A stretch of 32,000 nt of DNA from Xanthomonas campestris pv. campestris str. ATCC 33913 (GTDB lineage Bacteria > Pseudomonadota > Gammaproteobacteria > Xanthomonadales > Xanthomonadaceae): contig NC_003902.1 of the NCBI RefSeq assembly GCF_000007145.1, positions 2,696,497 through 2,728,496 of the forward strand, written 5' to 3'. The position numbers and the translations under genes are program-made. The first letter of the stretch is position 1, and each line of letters opens with the position of its first letter. The notes beneath the pieces are model-generated. The model ran no database searches. It had not been told where the DNA came from and saw only the letters and a list, made by a program, of their open reading frames with translations. Positions 1-9,124 of the stretch are shown piece after piece.

Positions 1-672
1 GCCGACCAGGGTCACCGGGTCGCCAGCAATTTCCGCAACGAAGAAAAAGCACGCGAGTGGCAGCAGCGCATGCAGGTCCAAGGCTACGAATTCGCCCTGT
101 TTCGTGGGGATGTGGCCTCGTCCGACCATGCGCGCGCGCTGGTGGACGACGTGGAAGCCGCGCTCGGGCCGATCGAAGTGCTGGTCAACAACGCCGGCAT
201 TACCCGCGACACCACGTTCCATCGCATGACCGCCGAGCAGTGGCACGACGTCATCAACACCAATCTCAATTCGGTGTTCAACGTGACCCGCCCGGTGATC
301 GAAGGCATGCGCAAGCGCGGCTGGGGCCGGGTGATCCAGATCAGCTCCATCAACGGGCTCAAAGGCCAGTACGGCCAAGCCAATTACGCCGCCGCCAAGG
401 CCGGCATGCATGGTTTCACCATCTCGCTGGCGCGCGAAAATGCGGCCTTCGGCATCACCGTCAACACGGTGTCGCCGGGCTACGTGGCCACCGACATGGT
501 GATGGCTGTGCCGGAAGAAGTGCGCGCCAAGATCGTCGCCGATATCCCCACCGGCCGGCTTGGGCGGCCGGAGGAAATTGCGTATGCAGTGGCGTTTCTG
601 GTGGCCGAAGAGGCGGCGTGGATTACCGGCTCCAACCTGGACATCAATGGCGGCCACCACATGGGCTGGTAA
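1..672 (+). CDS. phbB: Acetoacetyl-CoA reductase (PhbB/PhaB, SDR family); 5' end lies outside the window
   Basis: Frame 1 is open from nt 1 to the stop at 670-672. The translation carries the SDR motifs NNAGITRD and SSINGLKGQYGQANYAAAKAG (YxxxK), then SPGYVATDM and a C-terminal NGGHHMGW. It is colinear with PhbB reductases and is followed by phaR. Confidence 0.85.
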   Translation, partial: ADQGHRVASNFRNEEKAREWQQRMQVQGYEFALFRGDVASSDHARALVDDVEAALGPIEVLVNNAGITRDTTFHRMTAEQWHDVINTNLNSVFNVTRPVIEGMRKRGWGRVIQISSINGLKGQYGQANYAAAKAGMHGFTISLARENAAFGITVNTVSPGYVATDMVMAVPEEVRAKIVADIPTGRLGRPEEIAYAVAFLVAEEAAWITGSNLDINGGHHMGW

Positions 673-718
673 CGTTTGCTGCAGATGAGCGGTGCAGCAT
701 GGAAATCCGTGTCAAATC

Positions 719-737
719 ATGCTGCGCAGCATTTTTT
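719..737 (+). terminator. Putative rho-independent terminator after phbB
   Basis: A perfect 14-nt palindrome ATGCTGCGCAGCAT (719-732) runs into a T6 tract (732-737), about 45 nt after the phbB stop. Confidence 0.5.
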
Positions 738-831
738 CCCCGTCTGCTTAAGAAAATAAGGCGTTCTGGCTGTTGCAAGCGCTGCTGCGGTGCGCCATCC
801 TGCGCGCACTATCGTTGTGAGTGAACGTTCC

Positions 832-1398
832 ATGGCCGGACTTCGCATCATCAAGAAGTACCCCAACCGCCGTCTCTACGACACGGAAATTTCCAGCTAC
901 ATCACCATCGAGGATGTGCGCCAACTGATCATCGACGGCGAGGAGTTCGAGGTCCGCGATGCAAAAAGCGGCGAAGACCTCAGCCGCGCCGTGCTGCTGC
1001 AGATCATCGCCGACCAGGAACAGGACGGTGAGCCGATGCTCTCCACCCAGTTGCTGAGCCAGATCATCCGTTTCTACGGCGACTCCCTACAGGGCTTCAT
1101 GGGTAATTACCTGGAGCGCAGCATGCAGGTGTTCCTGGACCAGCAGCAGCAGTTCCGCCAGCAGATGGGCAACCTGCTCGGGCAGACGCCCTGGGCGATG
1201 ATGAATCAGCTCACCGAGCGCAATCTCGAGCTCTGGCAGGAATTCCAGCGCAACTTCGGCGCCGGCTTCGGTCGCCCGGGTGGCCCTGGTACGCCGCCCA
1301 CCCCGCCCGGCAGCAGCAGCATGGGCAGCGGTCTAGGCAGCGGAACCAGCAGCAGCAACGCGACCGGCACCACCGGCAAGGCCCGCAACCGCGGCTAA
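832..1398 (+). CDS. phaR: Polyhydroxyalkanoate synthesis repressor PhaR
   Basis: The start is ATG 832, an internal Met of ORF 790..1398. The N-terminus MAGLRIIKKYPNRRLYDTEISSYITIEDV is the conserved PhaR DNA-binding signature. The gene lies next to phbB and has a G/S/T/P low-complexity tail. Confidence 0.9.
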   Translation: MAGLRIIKKYPNRRLYDTEISSYITIEDVRQLIIDGEEFEVRDAKSGEDLSRAVLLQIIADQEQDGEPMLSTQLLSQIIRFYGDSLQGFMGNYLERSMQVFLDQQQQFRQQMGNLLGQTPWAMMNQLTERNLELWQEFQRNFGAGFGRPGGPGTPPTPPGSSSMGSGLGSGTSSSNATGTTGKARNRG

Positions 1399-1442
1399 GC
1401 CCTGACTGGCGTGGCGCAACCTGCGCCGCGCCCGTCATCACA

Positions 1443-2408
1443 TCAGTGGCCAGCCTGCTCCGCGCAGGCCTTGCAGATCCGCTCCACGCGATACCCGCGT
1501 GCACGCAGACGCTCCACCACCCCGTCGCGACCCAGCAGGTGCAAGGCACCGACCACCACCAGCGTAGTGCCGCCCTGCTTGCCCAGCCGCTGCTCCAGAC
1601 GCGGCACCCAGCGCGCATTGCGCTCCACGTTGATGTCTTGATACAGCGCGGGATACTGCTTGCGCATGTCTTCGGCCATTTGCGTGGTCAGCAGATGGAC
1701 GTCACCACGGCGCCAGGCATCGTGCAGCGCATTGACCTGATCGGCGGCACCGGCCTCATCGAGGGTTTCGGCCAGCAGTTGCTGTTGTTCGGTCGCAGTC
1801 ATGCTGTCGAGCAGGGCGATCTGTTCGTCCGCGCGCTCCAGGCCATCGGCCGGTTTGCCACGTGCCTGCGCCAGCTGCATCAGGTAATTGTCCAGCCCTG
1901 CATCGGCCTGCATGCCCTGGCGTCGCATCTCGGCCAGGCTGAGCGTCAGGGCGACAAACCACGGTTTCATCGGCTGCAGGCTCTCCAGCGGGATGCCGTG
2001 CTTGCGCGCCTGCGTGGCGAGCGCCTGCCAGGTTGGGGCTTCGAGTGCATCCTGCAGGCGCTTGCCATCGCTGCGGCGGGCGGCACGCAGCATCTTGGCC
2101 GCCAATTCGGGCGACTGCACATCGGCCGGTGGCAGTTCGAAGGTGAGCCGGTCGGCCTGCGCAAAGGCCTGCAGCACATCCGGTGACAGCGGGTAGTCGT
2201 CGGGCTTGAGCAGATGGAACGAACCAAGCAGATACAGGGTGCCGCCCTTGCCATCGACCTTCCACAGCAGCGGCACCGGCGGGCTGGCGGCAGCAGCGAT
2301 GCCAGGTGCCGAGGCGGCAGCCGCTGTGCCGCCCCACAACGCAGCGATCGCCAGCAGGCCGGCGCAGGCGGGCAGCAGCGCGCGACGCGCCCGTGTCATC
2401 CAGCGCAT
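1443..2408 (-). CDS. TraB/GumN family protein (secreted/periplasmic)
   Basis: LLWKVDGKGGTLYLLGSFHLL is a GumN-type N-terminal motif. The N-terminus MRWMTRARRALLPACAGLLAIAALWG looks like a signal peptide. The chosen ATG at 2408-2406 overlaps the upstream stop (TGATG). Confidence 0.8.
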   Translation of the reverse strand: MRWMTRARRALLPACAGLLAIAALWGGTAAAASAPGIAAAASPPVPLLWKVDGKGGTLYLLGSFHLLKPDDYPLSPDVLQAFAQADRLTFELPPADVQSPELAAKMLRAARRSDGKRLQDALEAPTWQALATQARKHGIPLESLQPMKPWFVALTLSLAEMRRQGMQADAGLDNYLMQLAQARGKPADGLERADEQIALLDSMTATEQQQLLAETLDEAGAADQVNALHDAWRRGDVHLLTTQMAEDMRKQYPALYQDINVERNARWVPRLEQRLGKQGGTTLVVVGALHLLGRDGVVERLRARGYRVERICKACAEQAGH

Positions 2409-3346
2409 CAATGCGCTGCCTTGTAGGCTTTTTCGCCCGCCGATACGGCCAGGTCGATGCGATTTTCCGGCGGTGGCAACGGGCAGGTCGCAAACGGCGT
2501 GAACGCGCACGGCGGGTTGATGGCGCGGTTGAAGTCCACCACCACGTGCCCGGAGGCGTCCGGGGCTTCCAGATCAAGAAAGCGCCCGGCCGAATAACTG
2601 CCGTGGCCGCTGGTGCGATCGGCGAACACCACGAACATCGGGCGACCCGGCTCGCCAATGGCTTCCAGCCGATAGGTCTTGCCATCGCGCTCGAACTCGA
2701 TCGCACCGGCATTGGGCTGCTCGCTGCTGATGCCGACGATATCCACGATGGGAATGGTTTTGCCGACATTGTTGGGCACGTAGCGCGCCTGGATGCGCCA
2801 GGACGGATCGATGGGCCAGTACTCCAGCCCCGCAAACCCGGTGCGCGACGGCGCGTCGGCATGCTTGACCCGCAGCGCGTAGCGATCGCCGCGGTGGATC
2901 AGGCTCAACACGCCTTTGCCATCGTCGAAGCCGATCAGCGTCGGCTGCGGATCGACATCGGACTGGAAGCGGATCTTGCCGGTGAGCGGTTTGCCGCCGA
3001 CGGTCAGTGCCGCACCACGCTCGGGCACGAACCACACCGCATCGCGCTCGCTGGACACCATGCCCATCTTGGGCGGCCCCACGGCCAGGCGGATGCCGCT
3101 GTCGGCACTGCGGCCGATGTAGTGCGCCTTCAACGACAGCCAATGCAGACCGACCAGGCTGGTCCAGCCATCGGGCGCGCGTAGCTCGGTCAGGCGCGCC
3201 TCGCGCCAGGCGGCGTTATCGGCCAGAAACGTCTTGTCCAACGCCACTGGCGCCGGTGCGGGTGGTGCCTCGCGGCCACAGCCGAGCACACCTACCGCTA
3301 CCAACATGCCGAGCAGCCAGCCCCTCCCCCTGTGCAGCACTGTCAT
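2408..3346 (-). CDS. DUF1684 domain-containing protein (probable lipoprotein)
   Basis: The C-terminal GRFLDLEAPDASGHVVVDFNRAINPPCAFTPFATCPLPPPENRIDL matches the DUF1684 pattern. The N-terminus [23 protein letters not shown] resembles a lipobox. ATG 3346-3344 overlaps the mutL stop (TGATG). Confidence 0.8.
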   Translation of the reverse strand: MTVLHRGRGWLLGMLVAVGVLGCGREAPPAPAPVALDKTFLADNAAWREARLTELRAPDGWTSLVGLHWLSLKAHYIGRSADSGIRLAVGPPKMGMVSSERDAVWFVPERGAALTVGGKPLTGKIRFQSDVDPQPTLIGFDDGKGVLSLIHRGDRYALRVKHADAPSRTGFAGLEYWPIDPSWRIQARYVPNNVGKTIPIVDIVGISSEQPNAGAIEFERDGKTYRLEAIGEPGRPMFVVFADRTSGHGSYSAGRFLDLEAPDASGHVVVDFNRAINPPCAFTPFATCPLPPPENRIDLAVSAGEKAYKAAH

Positions 3347-5220
3347 CAACGTCCCCTCAGGAACCAGCGATCGATTTCGCCCAGCGTAAACCGGGCCCAG
3401 GTTGGCCGGCCATGGTTGCATTGGCCCGAGCGCTCGGTGGCTTCCATGTCGCGCAGCAAGGCGTTCATTTCCGGCACGGTGAGCCGGCGGTTTGCACGCA
3501 CCGCGCCGTGGCAGGCCATGGTGGACAGCAACTCGTCGCGCGCGGTGGCGATGCGCCGGCTCTGGCCGTGCTCACGCAGATCGCCGAGCACATCGCGTAA
3601 CAACGCCTCCGGGTCGGCATTGGCGAGCAGCGCCGGAATGCTGCGCACGTGCAGCGATTGCGGACCGCTGCGGGTGATTTCGAAGCCCAGGCTGGCAAGC
3701 GTATCGGCCTCGCGCTCGGCGGTGTCGGCCTCGCGCTCGCCCACTGCCAGCGTCATCGGTACCAGCAGCGGCTGCGCATGCAGGCCAATGCTGTCGTGCG
3801 CCTGCTTGAGGCGTTCGTAGCCGATACGCTCATGCGCGGCATGCATGTCGACCACGATCAGGCCTTCGGCGTTTTCCGCGAGGATATAGATGCCGTGCAA
3901 CTGCGCCACCGCGTAGCCCAATGGCGGGACTCCGCTGTCGTGCGCGGTCGCCGGCAAGCCGGTGCCGGACAGCACCGGTTGCCCGTCGTCGCGCAACGCG
4001 CTGCCGGCCGCAGGGGCATACAACGCGGCGTAGGCGGCGCGCGCCTCGTCTACGCGCAAACCCAGCGGTGCCTGCGACGGCGCCCAGCTTGCATAGCCGG
4101 AGCCACTGCCAGCGCCCGGATGCCCTGCACCGGCGTCAGCAACGTAGCTTCCGCCGCCCTGCGCGGCAACGGCGCCGATACCGAGGGCTGCCGCCCCCCC
4201 GACCCCAACATCAGCGGGCAGCGCGCCGGCACGGGTCTGCGCTAGTGCGTCCTGCAGAGTGCGATAGACGAAGTCGTGGATCAGCCGCGCCTCGCGGAAG
4301 CGCACCTCGTGTTTGGCCGGGTGCACGTTGACGTCCACGCGCGCAGGGTCCAGCTCGAGAAACAGCACATATGCCGGCTGGCGCCCGTGGAACAGCACAT
4401 CGCCGTAGGCCATCTTCACCGCATGCGCCACGCTGCGATCCCGCACCGAGCGGCCGTTGACGTAGAGATACTGCTGATCGGTACTGGCGCGCGAGTAATG
4501 CGGCTGCGCCACCCAGCCGTGCAGGCGCAGGCCGGCACCGCTGTGGTCCACGCGCAGCGCCTGGCGCGCGAAATCCTCGCCCAAGGTCTCGCCCAGCCGC
4601 GCGTCCGAATACAGATCGCCCGGCTTGTAGCGCCGCGACGGTTTGCCGTTATGCGAGACGCGCAATTCCACGTCCGGGCGCGCCAGTGCCAGCGAACGCA
4701 GCCACTCTTCGATATGGCCCAACTCGGTGCGCTCGGCGCGCAGGAACTTGCGCCGTGCCGGCACGTTGAAGAACAGCTCGCGCACCTCAACGGTGGTGCC
4801 CGGCGCATGCGCACGCGGCATCACCTCGCCCAGGCGCCCGCCTTCGATCTGCAGCGCGGAGCCGTGCTCGGCATCCGGGCGACGCGAGGCCAGCGTAAAG
4901 CGGCTGACCGAGGCGATGGACGGCAACGCTTCGCCGCGGAAGCCCAGCGTGGCGACGGTTTCCAGATCATCCAGCGAGGCGATCTTGCTGGTGGCATGAC
5001 GCGACACCGCCAGCGGCAGCTCTTCCGGCGCAATGCCGCCGCCATTGTCGCGGATGCGGATCAGCCGCACGCCGCCCTCTTCCAGATCGATATCCACGCG
5101 GGTGGCGCCGGCATCGAGGGCGTTTTCGACCAGTTCCTTGACGACCGATGCCGGGCGCTCGACCACCTCGCCGGCAGCGATCTGGTTGATCAGGATCTCG
5201 GGCAATTGCCGGATCGCCAT
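3346..5220 (-). CDS. mutL: DNA mismatch repair protein MutL (endonuclease-motif-containing type)
   Basis: The N-terminus [39 protein letters not shown] is a GHKL ATPase. The C-terminal part carries [21 protein letters not shown] and CNHGRP motifs. Confidence 0.95.
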
Positions 5221-5371
5221 CAGCGGGAGCTCCCTGGCAGATGCGCTGCGCGCACGCAGTGGCCGCCCGCATGGGCGAATGATGACATCAAGGGGAAAAA
5301 CGTCGGCACGGCCATCCGGCGGCGCCAGGCGCCGTCATCGAGGAATCAGTGCGGAATGATAGCCGAGCGGC

Positions 5372-7045
5372 TCAGCGGCTGCCGCCGGCCACGGTGCCGA
5401 CTGCGGCGTCGGCCTCGGCCTGCGCACGTGCCGCGAACAAGGTGCCCGGGGGCGGCTGACGGGTGAAGAACGTATCGATACCGTCCAGCACCGCGGAGGC
5501 GATCTTGCGCTGATACGACGGGTCGATCAGCCGGCGCTCTTCATCCGGGTTGGAGATGAAGGCGGTTTCCACCAGCATCGCCGGCATGTCGGAAGTGCGC
5601 AGCACCGCGAAATTGGCGCGTTCCAGCTGCGGCTTGTGATTGTTGCCGATGCGCTTCAAACCGCCCAGCACATGGCCTGCGGCGTCTTCGGATGCCTTCA
5701 TGTGGCCGCTCTGGGCCAGGTCCAGCAAGACGTTGGCCAACGTGCTTTCGGTCTGCTGCAGGCGCACGCCACCGACGAGGTCGGCGGCATTTTCCTTGTC
5801 GGCCAGCCAGCGTGCACGCTGCGACGACGCACCCTTGGTCGACAGCACATAGACCGATGAACCGGTGGCGCTGCGGTTTTCCGCAGCGTCGGCATGAATG
5901 GAGATGAAGATGTCGGCCTTGGCCGAGCGTGCCTTCTGCGCACGCATCGGCAGCGGAATGAACACGTCGGTATCGCGGGTCATGTACGCCTTCATGCCCT
6001 GCGTGGCGTTGATCTGGCGTGCGAGCTCGCGGCCGATGGCCAGCGTGACGTCTTTTTCGCGCTTGCCGGTCGGGCCCATGGCGCCGGGATCCTGACCGCC
6101 GTGGCCGGGATCGATGGCCACCACCAGCGGACGCATGCCGGGTGCCATCTTGACGCGCGATGCCTCGCTTGGCAGCAGCGGGCGCGGCGGCACATCGTCA
6201 TTTTGCGCATCGGCGGCAGCCACACCGGCCGACGTCACGGCTGCGCCCTGCGGCGCGACCTGCGCCACGTTGCCACCGTTCAAGATGGCTGCCGGCGACG
6301 GCGTGCCCGTGGCGATCGTGGTGCGGGTGCCGCCGGTCGTGGCGGGCGCGCCTGGTGCGGCAACCGTCCCGGGACGCGGAGTCGGCACGCCAGTGGCAAT
6401 CGTCGTGGGCACCGGCGCAGGCGTCACTGTCGGCATCGCCGATGCAGGCACGGGTACCGGCGTGGGCGCTGGTGCCGGGGTTGGCGGTGGAAGCGCCGAG
6501 GCGCGCTGTGCGGAGGCCGCGAGCGCCGCAGTGGCACGTGCAGCTTCCGCCTGTGCATCCAGCGGACGTGTGGCAGGCACTGCGGCTGGCGGCGTTGTTG
6601 CTGCTGGCACAGCGCTTGATGTTGAAGCGACCGGCTTGGCCGGCGCGAAATCGCCGGGCCACTCGATCACCAGCGTCGAGGCGCTGCCCAGGGTCTGCAT
6701 CTGCGGCTTCAGCGCAGTGACTGGCGTTGCCAGCTCGAACACCACCCGGAAGGTCCCCGGGACCGGTTGCCCGGTGCGCACCGACGTCACCAGCCCGGCG
6801 GCGGCCGGCAGCTTCAAGCCGCTCTTTGCCGAGGAGGCCGGGAAATCCACCACCAGTCGATTGGGATTGGCCAGCGACAAGGTCTTGAACCCGCCGCTGC
6901 CGGCAAGTTGGATCTCTGCACGCGTGCCCGTGGCCCCGGTGCTGACATCCACTTGCTTGATTTCGCCTGCCCGCGCACTAAAAACCGCCAGGCTCAGGCC
7001 GGCGGTCAGGGCGAAAGCAAAGCGATGGTGGCTCCCCTGGGTCAT
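5372..7045 (-). CDS. amiC: N-acetylmuramoyl-L-alanine amidase with N-terminal AMIN domain and long Pro/Ala/Thr linker
   Basis: The Amidase_3 core reads AIDPGHGGQDPGA...ADIFISIHADA...LVETAFISNPDEE. An AMIN-like N-terminal domain follows the signal MTQGSHHRFAFALTAGLSLAVFSARA. The start is ATG 7045, Met15 of ORF 5372..7087. Position between tsaE and mutL matches other gammaproteobacteria. Confidence 0.9.
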   Translation of the reverse strand: MTQGSHHRFAFALTAGLSLAVFSARAGEIKQVDVSTGATGTRAEIQLAGSGGFKTLSLANPNRLVVDFPASSAKSGLKLPAAAGLVTSVRTGQPVPGTFRVVFELATPVTALKPQMQTLGSASTLVIEWPGDFAPAKPVASTSSAVPAATTPPAAVPATRPLDAQAEAARATAALAASAQRASALPPPTPAPAPTPVPVPASAMPTVTPAPVPTTIATGVPTPRPGTVAAPGAPATTGGTRTTIATGTPSPAAILNGGNVAQVAPQGAAVTSAGVAAADAQNDDVPPRPLLPSEASRVKMAPGMRPLVVAIDPGHGGQDPGAMGPTGKREKDVTLAIGRELARQINATQGMKAYMTRDTDVFIPLPMRAQKARSAKADIFISIHADAAENRSATGSSVYVLSTKGASSQRARWLADKENAADLVGGVRLQQTESTLANVLLDLAQSGHMKASEDAAGHVLGGLKRIGNNHKPQLERANFAVLRTSDMPAMLVETAFISNPDEERRLIDPSYQRKIASAVLDGIDTFFTRQPPPGTLFAARAQAEADAAVGTVAGGSR

Positions 7046-7115
7046 GGAGCCGGATTCAATCACCCGAACGCACGAATTGCAAGGCAATTTCCCTTAATAA
7101 TCCATAACCTGGCGT

Positions 7116-7616
7116 TCATTCCTCTTGTTCGGCGGCAAAAAGCGCCCGCAACTCGTCCCGCGCTGCCAGCTCGTTCACCCATGCCTGCCCGCTTGGGCTC
7201 GCGCCGCGCAGGGTCAGCGCGCGTCCCTCCCCGGCCACTGCCAATTCGACCTCCAGATCCGCCGCCGGCAAAGCGCCAGCCCCGCGCTCCGGCCATTCGA
7301 CCAGCCACAGGGTGGCACTGCCCTCGTCCAGTCCGAGAAAATCCAGCTCCCCCGCGTGGCCGATGCGGTACAGATCCAGATGCCAGGCTTCGCCACCGGC
7401 AGTCAGTGGATACCGTTCCACAAGCGTGTAGGTGGGGCTGCGAATGGGGCCGGTGACGCCGAGCGCACGCAACAACGCACGCGCCAGGGTGGATTTGCCG
7501 GCGCCCAGGTCGCCGTGCAACTGCACCACGGCGGTGGCGGGCCGGGTGGCCGCCAGGGCCTGCCCGACCTGCTCGGTGGCATCGACGTCGGCCAGAAAGG
7601 CGTGCAGCGTGGTCAT
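7116..7616 (-). CDS. tsaE: tRNA t6A37 biosynthesis ATPase TsaE (YjeE)
   Basis: The P-loop GDLGAGKSTLARALL and SPTYTLVERY motif are present. The size is 166 aa. The ATG overlaps the nnr stop (ATGA). Confidence 0.9.
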   Translation of the reverse strand: MTTLHAFLADVDATEQVGQALAATRPATAVVQLHGDLGAGKSTLARALLRALGVTGPIRSPTYTLVERYPLTAGGEAWHLDLYRIGHAGELDFLGLDEGSATLWLVEWPERGAGALPAADLEVELAVAGEGRALTLRGASPSGQAWVNELAARDELRALFAAEQEE

Positions 7617-9100
7617 GCAATGGCTCCAGCATTGGCGAGACGGCGAAGCGCCGGCAGCAGGTCGGTGGGAAGCAGGCCGCGCTCGCCGTCGGCGGCGGCG
7701 GCATCGCCGGCGCAGGCGTGCAGCAAGGCGCCCAGGCTGGCCGCGTCGAAGGGCGCCCAGCCCTGGCCGAGCAAGGAGGCGATCACGCCGGTCAGCAGGT
7801 CGCCCATGCCGCCCACTGCCATGCCGGCATTGCCGGCGTCGATCAGGCGCGGCAGGCGATCTGGCGCGGCAACCACGGTGCCGGCGCCCTTGAGCACCAC
7901 CACCGCATCAAAGCGCGTGGCCAGCGCATGCGCAGCGCCCAGGCGGTCGCGCTGCACCTGCGCGGTGGATTGACCAAGCAAACGCCCCGCTTCGCCCGGA
8001 TGCGGCGTGAGCACGCGCGGGCCCCGCGCAGGCACCGAAGTGGATGCGAGCAGATTCAAGCCGTCGGCGTCGATGACGGTGGGCGTGGCCGATGCCAGCA
8101 CACCGCTCCACAAGGCGCGCGCCCAGCTGTCCCGGCCTAACCCGGGGCCCAGCGCGACCGCATCGGCAGCCTCGGCCAGCGCGGTGATGTCGGCGTCTTC
8201 CTGTACCCCGCGCACCATCGCTTCCGGGCAGCGCGCCAGCAGCGGCGCCACATGCTCGGCGCGGGTTGCCACCTGCACCAGGCCAGACCCGCTGCGCAGG
8301 GCCGCTTCAGTGGTCAGCATGATGGCGCCGCCGCTGCCGGCATTGCCGCCAACGCACAGCACACGCCCGGATTCGCCCTTGTGGGTGTTGCGTCGGCGCG
8401 GCAGCAGATGCGCGGCCAGTGCATCACGCTCCCAGCGCTGCGCAACCGGTGCCAGGCCGTCGAATGCCGAGCCCGGCACCTCCAGCGTGGCAAGGTCGCG
8501 CTCGCCGGCGTATTCCAGCGCATCGCCGGTGTACAGGCCCACGTGCGGCACGATGAACTGCAAGGTCGCGCTGGCACGCACGGCGCTGCCGGGTGCGATG
8601 CCGCGATCGGCGTCGATGCCACTGGGCACGTCCAGCGCCAGGACCGGCACGCCGGCGGCGTTGATGGCATCGAACAAAGCGTCCATCTGCGCACCGGGCG
8701 CGCGATTGAGACCGATACCGAACACCGCATCCACCAGCACATCCGCATGCGCCAGCGCACACGGGAACAGCGCGATCGCGCCGCCCACGGCCAGATAATC
8801 CGTGCAGGCGCGCTGCGCCAGTTCGCTGGCCGGCCCTTGTTCGGGCAGATGCACGACCTGCACCTGGCGTCCGGCCCGGTGAGCCAACCGCGCCAGCACA
8901 TAGCCGTCGCCGCCATTGTTGCCGGTGCCGCACATCACCACGATGCGGCGTGCGCGCGGCAAACGTTCCTGCAACCACTGCCAGGCGGCTTGCCCGGCGC
9001 GCTGCATCAGCGTGTAGCCGTCGCCGCCGAGCAGCGTGGTGGCCTGCGCGTCCAGCATGCGCGCGGCAGCGGTGTCGTAAAGAGCGAGCGGTGCATACAT
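7613..9100 (-). CDS. nnr: Bifunctional NAD(P)H-hydrate repair enzyme Nnr (epimerase/ADP-dependent dehydratase, YjeF)
   Basis: The start is ATG 9100, Met70 of ORF 7613..9307. The YjeF_N part reads MYAPLALYD...VMCGTGNNGGDGYV. The carbohydrate-kinase-like C-terminal part reads HKGESGRVLCVGG...GMAVGGMGDLLTG. Confidence 0.9.
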   Translation of the reverse strand: MYAPLALYDTAAARMLDAQATTLLGGDGYTLMQRAGQAAWQWLQERLPRARRIVVMCGTGNNGGDGYVLARLAHRAGRQVQVVHLPEQGPASELAQRACTDYLAVGGAIALFPCALAHADVLVDAVFGIGLNRAPGAQMDALFDAINAAGVPVLALDVPSGIDADRGIAPGSAVRASATLQFIVPHVGLYTGDALEYAGERDLATLEVPGSAFDGLAPVAQRWERDALAAHLLPRRRNTHKGESGRVLCVGGNAGSGGAIMLTTEAALRSGSGLVQVATRAEHVAPLLARCPEAMVRGVQEDADITALAEAADAVALGPGLGRDSWARALWSGVLASATPTVIDADGLNLLASTSVPARGPRVLTPHPGEAGRLLGQSTAQVQRDRLGAAHALATRFDAVVVLKGAGTVVAAPDRLPRLIDAGNAGMAVGGMGDLLTGVIASLLGQGWAPFDAASLGALLHACAGDAAAADGERGLLPTDLLPALRRLANAGAIA

Positions 9101-9124
9101 GCCGGGAATTCTATACTTGTCGCC

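Noticed and set aside
8252-9124. The N-terminal 291 codons of the 646-aa plus-strand ORF 8252..10192.
   Set aside because: This part is antisense to nnr and translates to Ala/Arg/Gly-rich sequence with no recognisable similarity. The QueG homology begins exactly at ATG 9125, so the long ORF is a high-GC read-through artefact.
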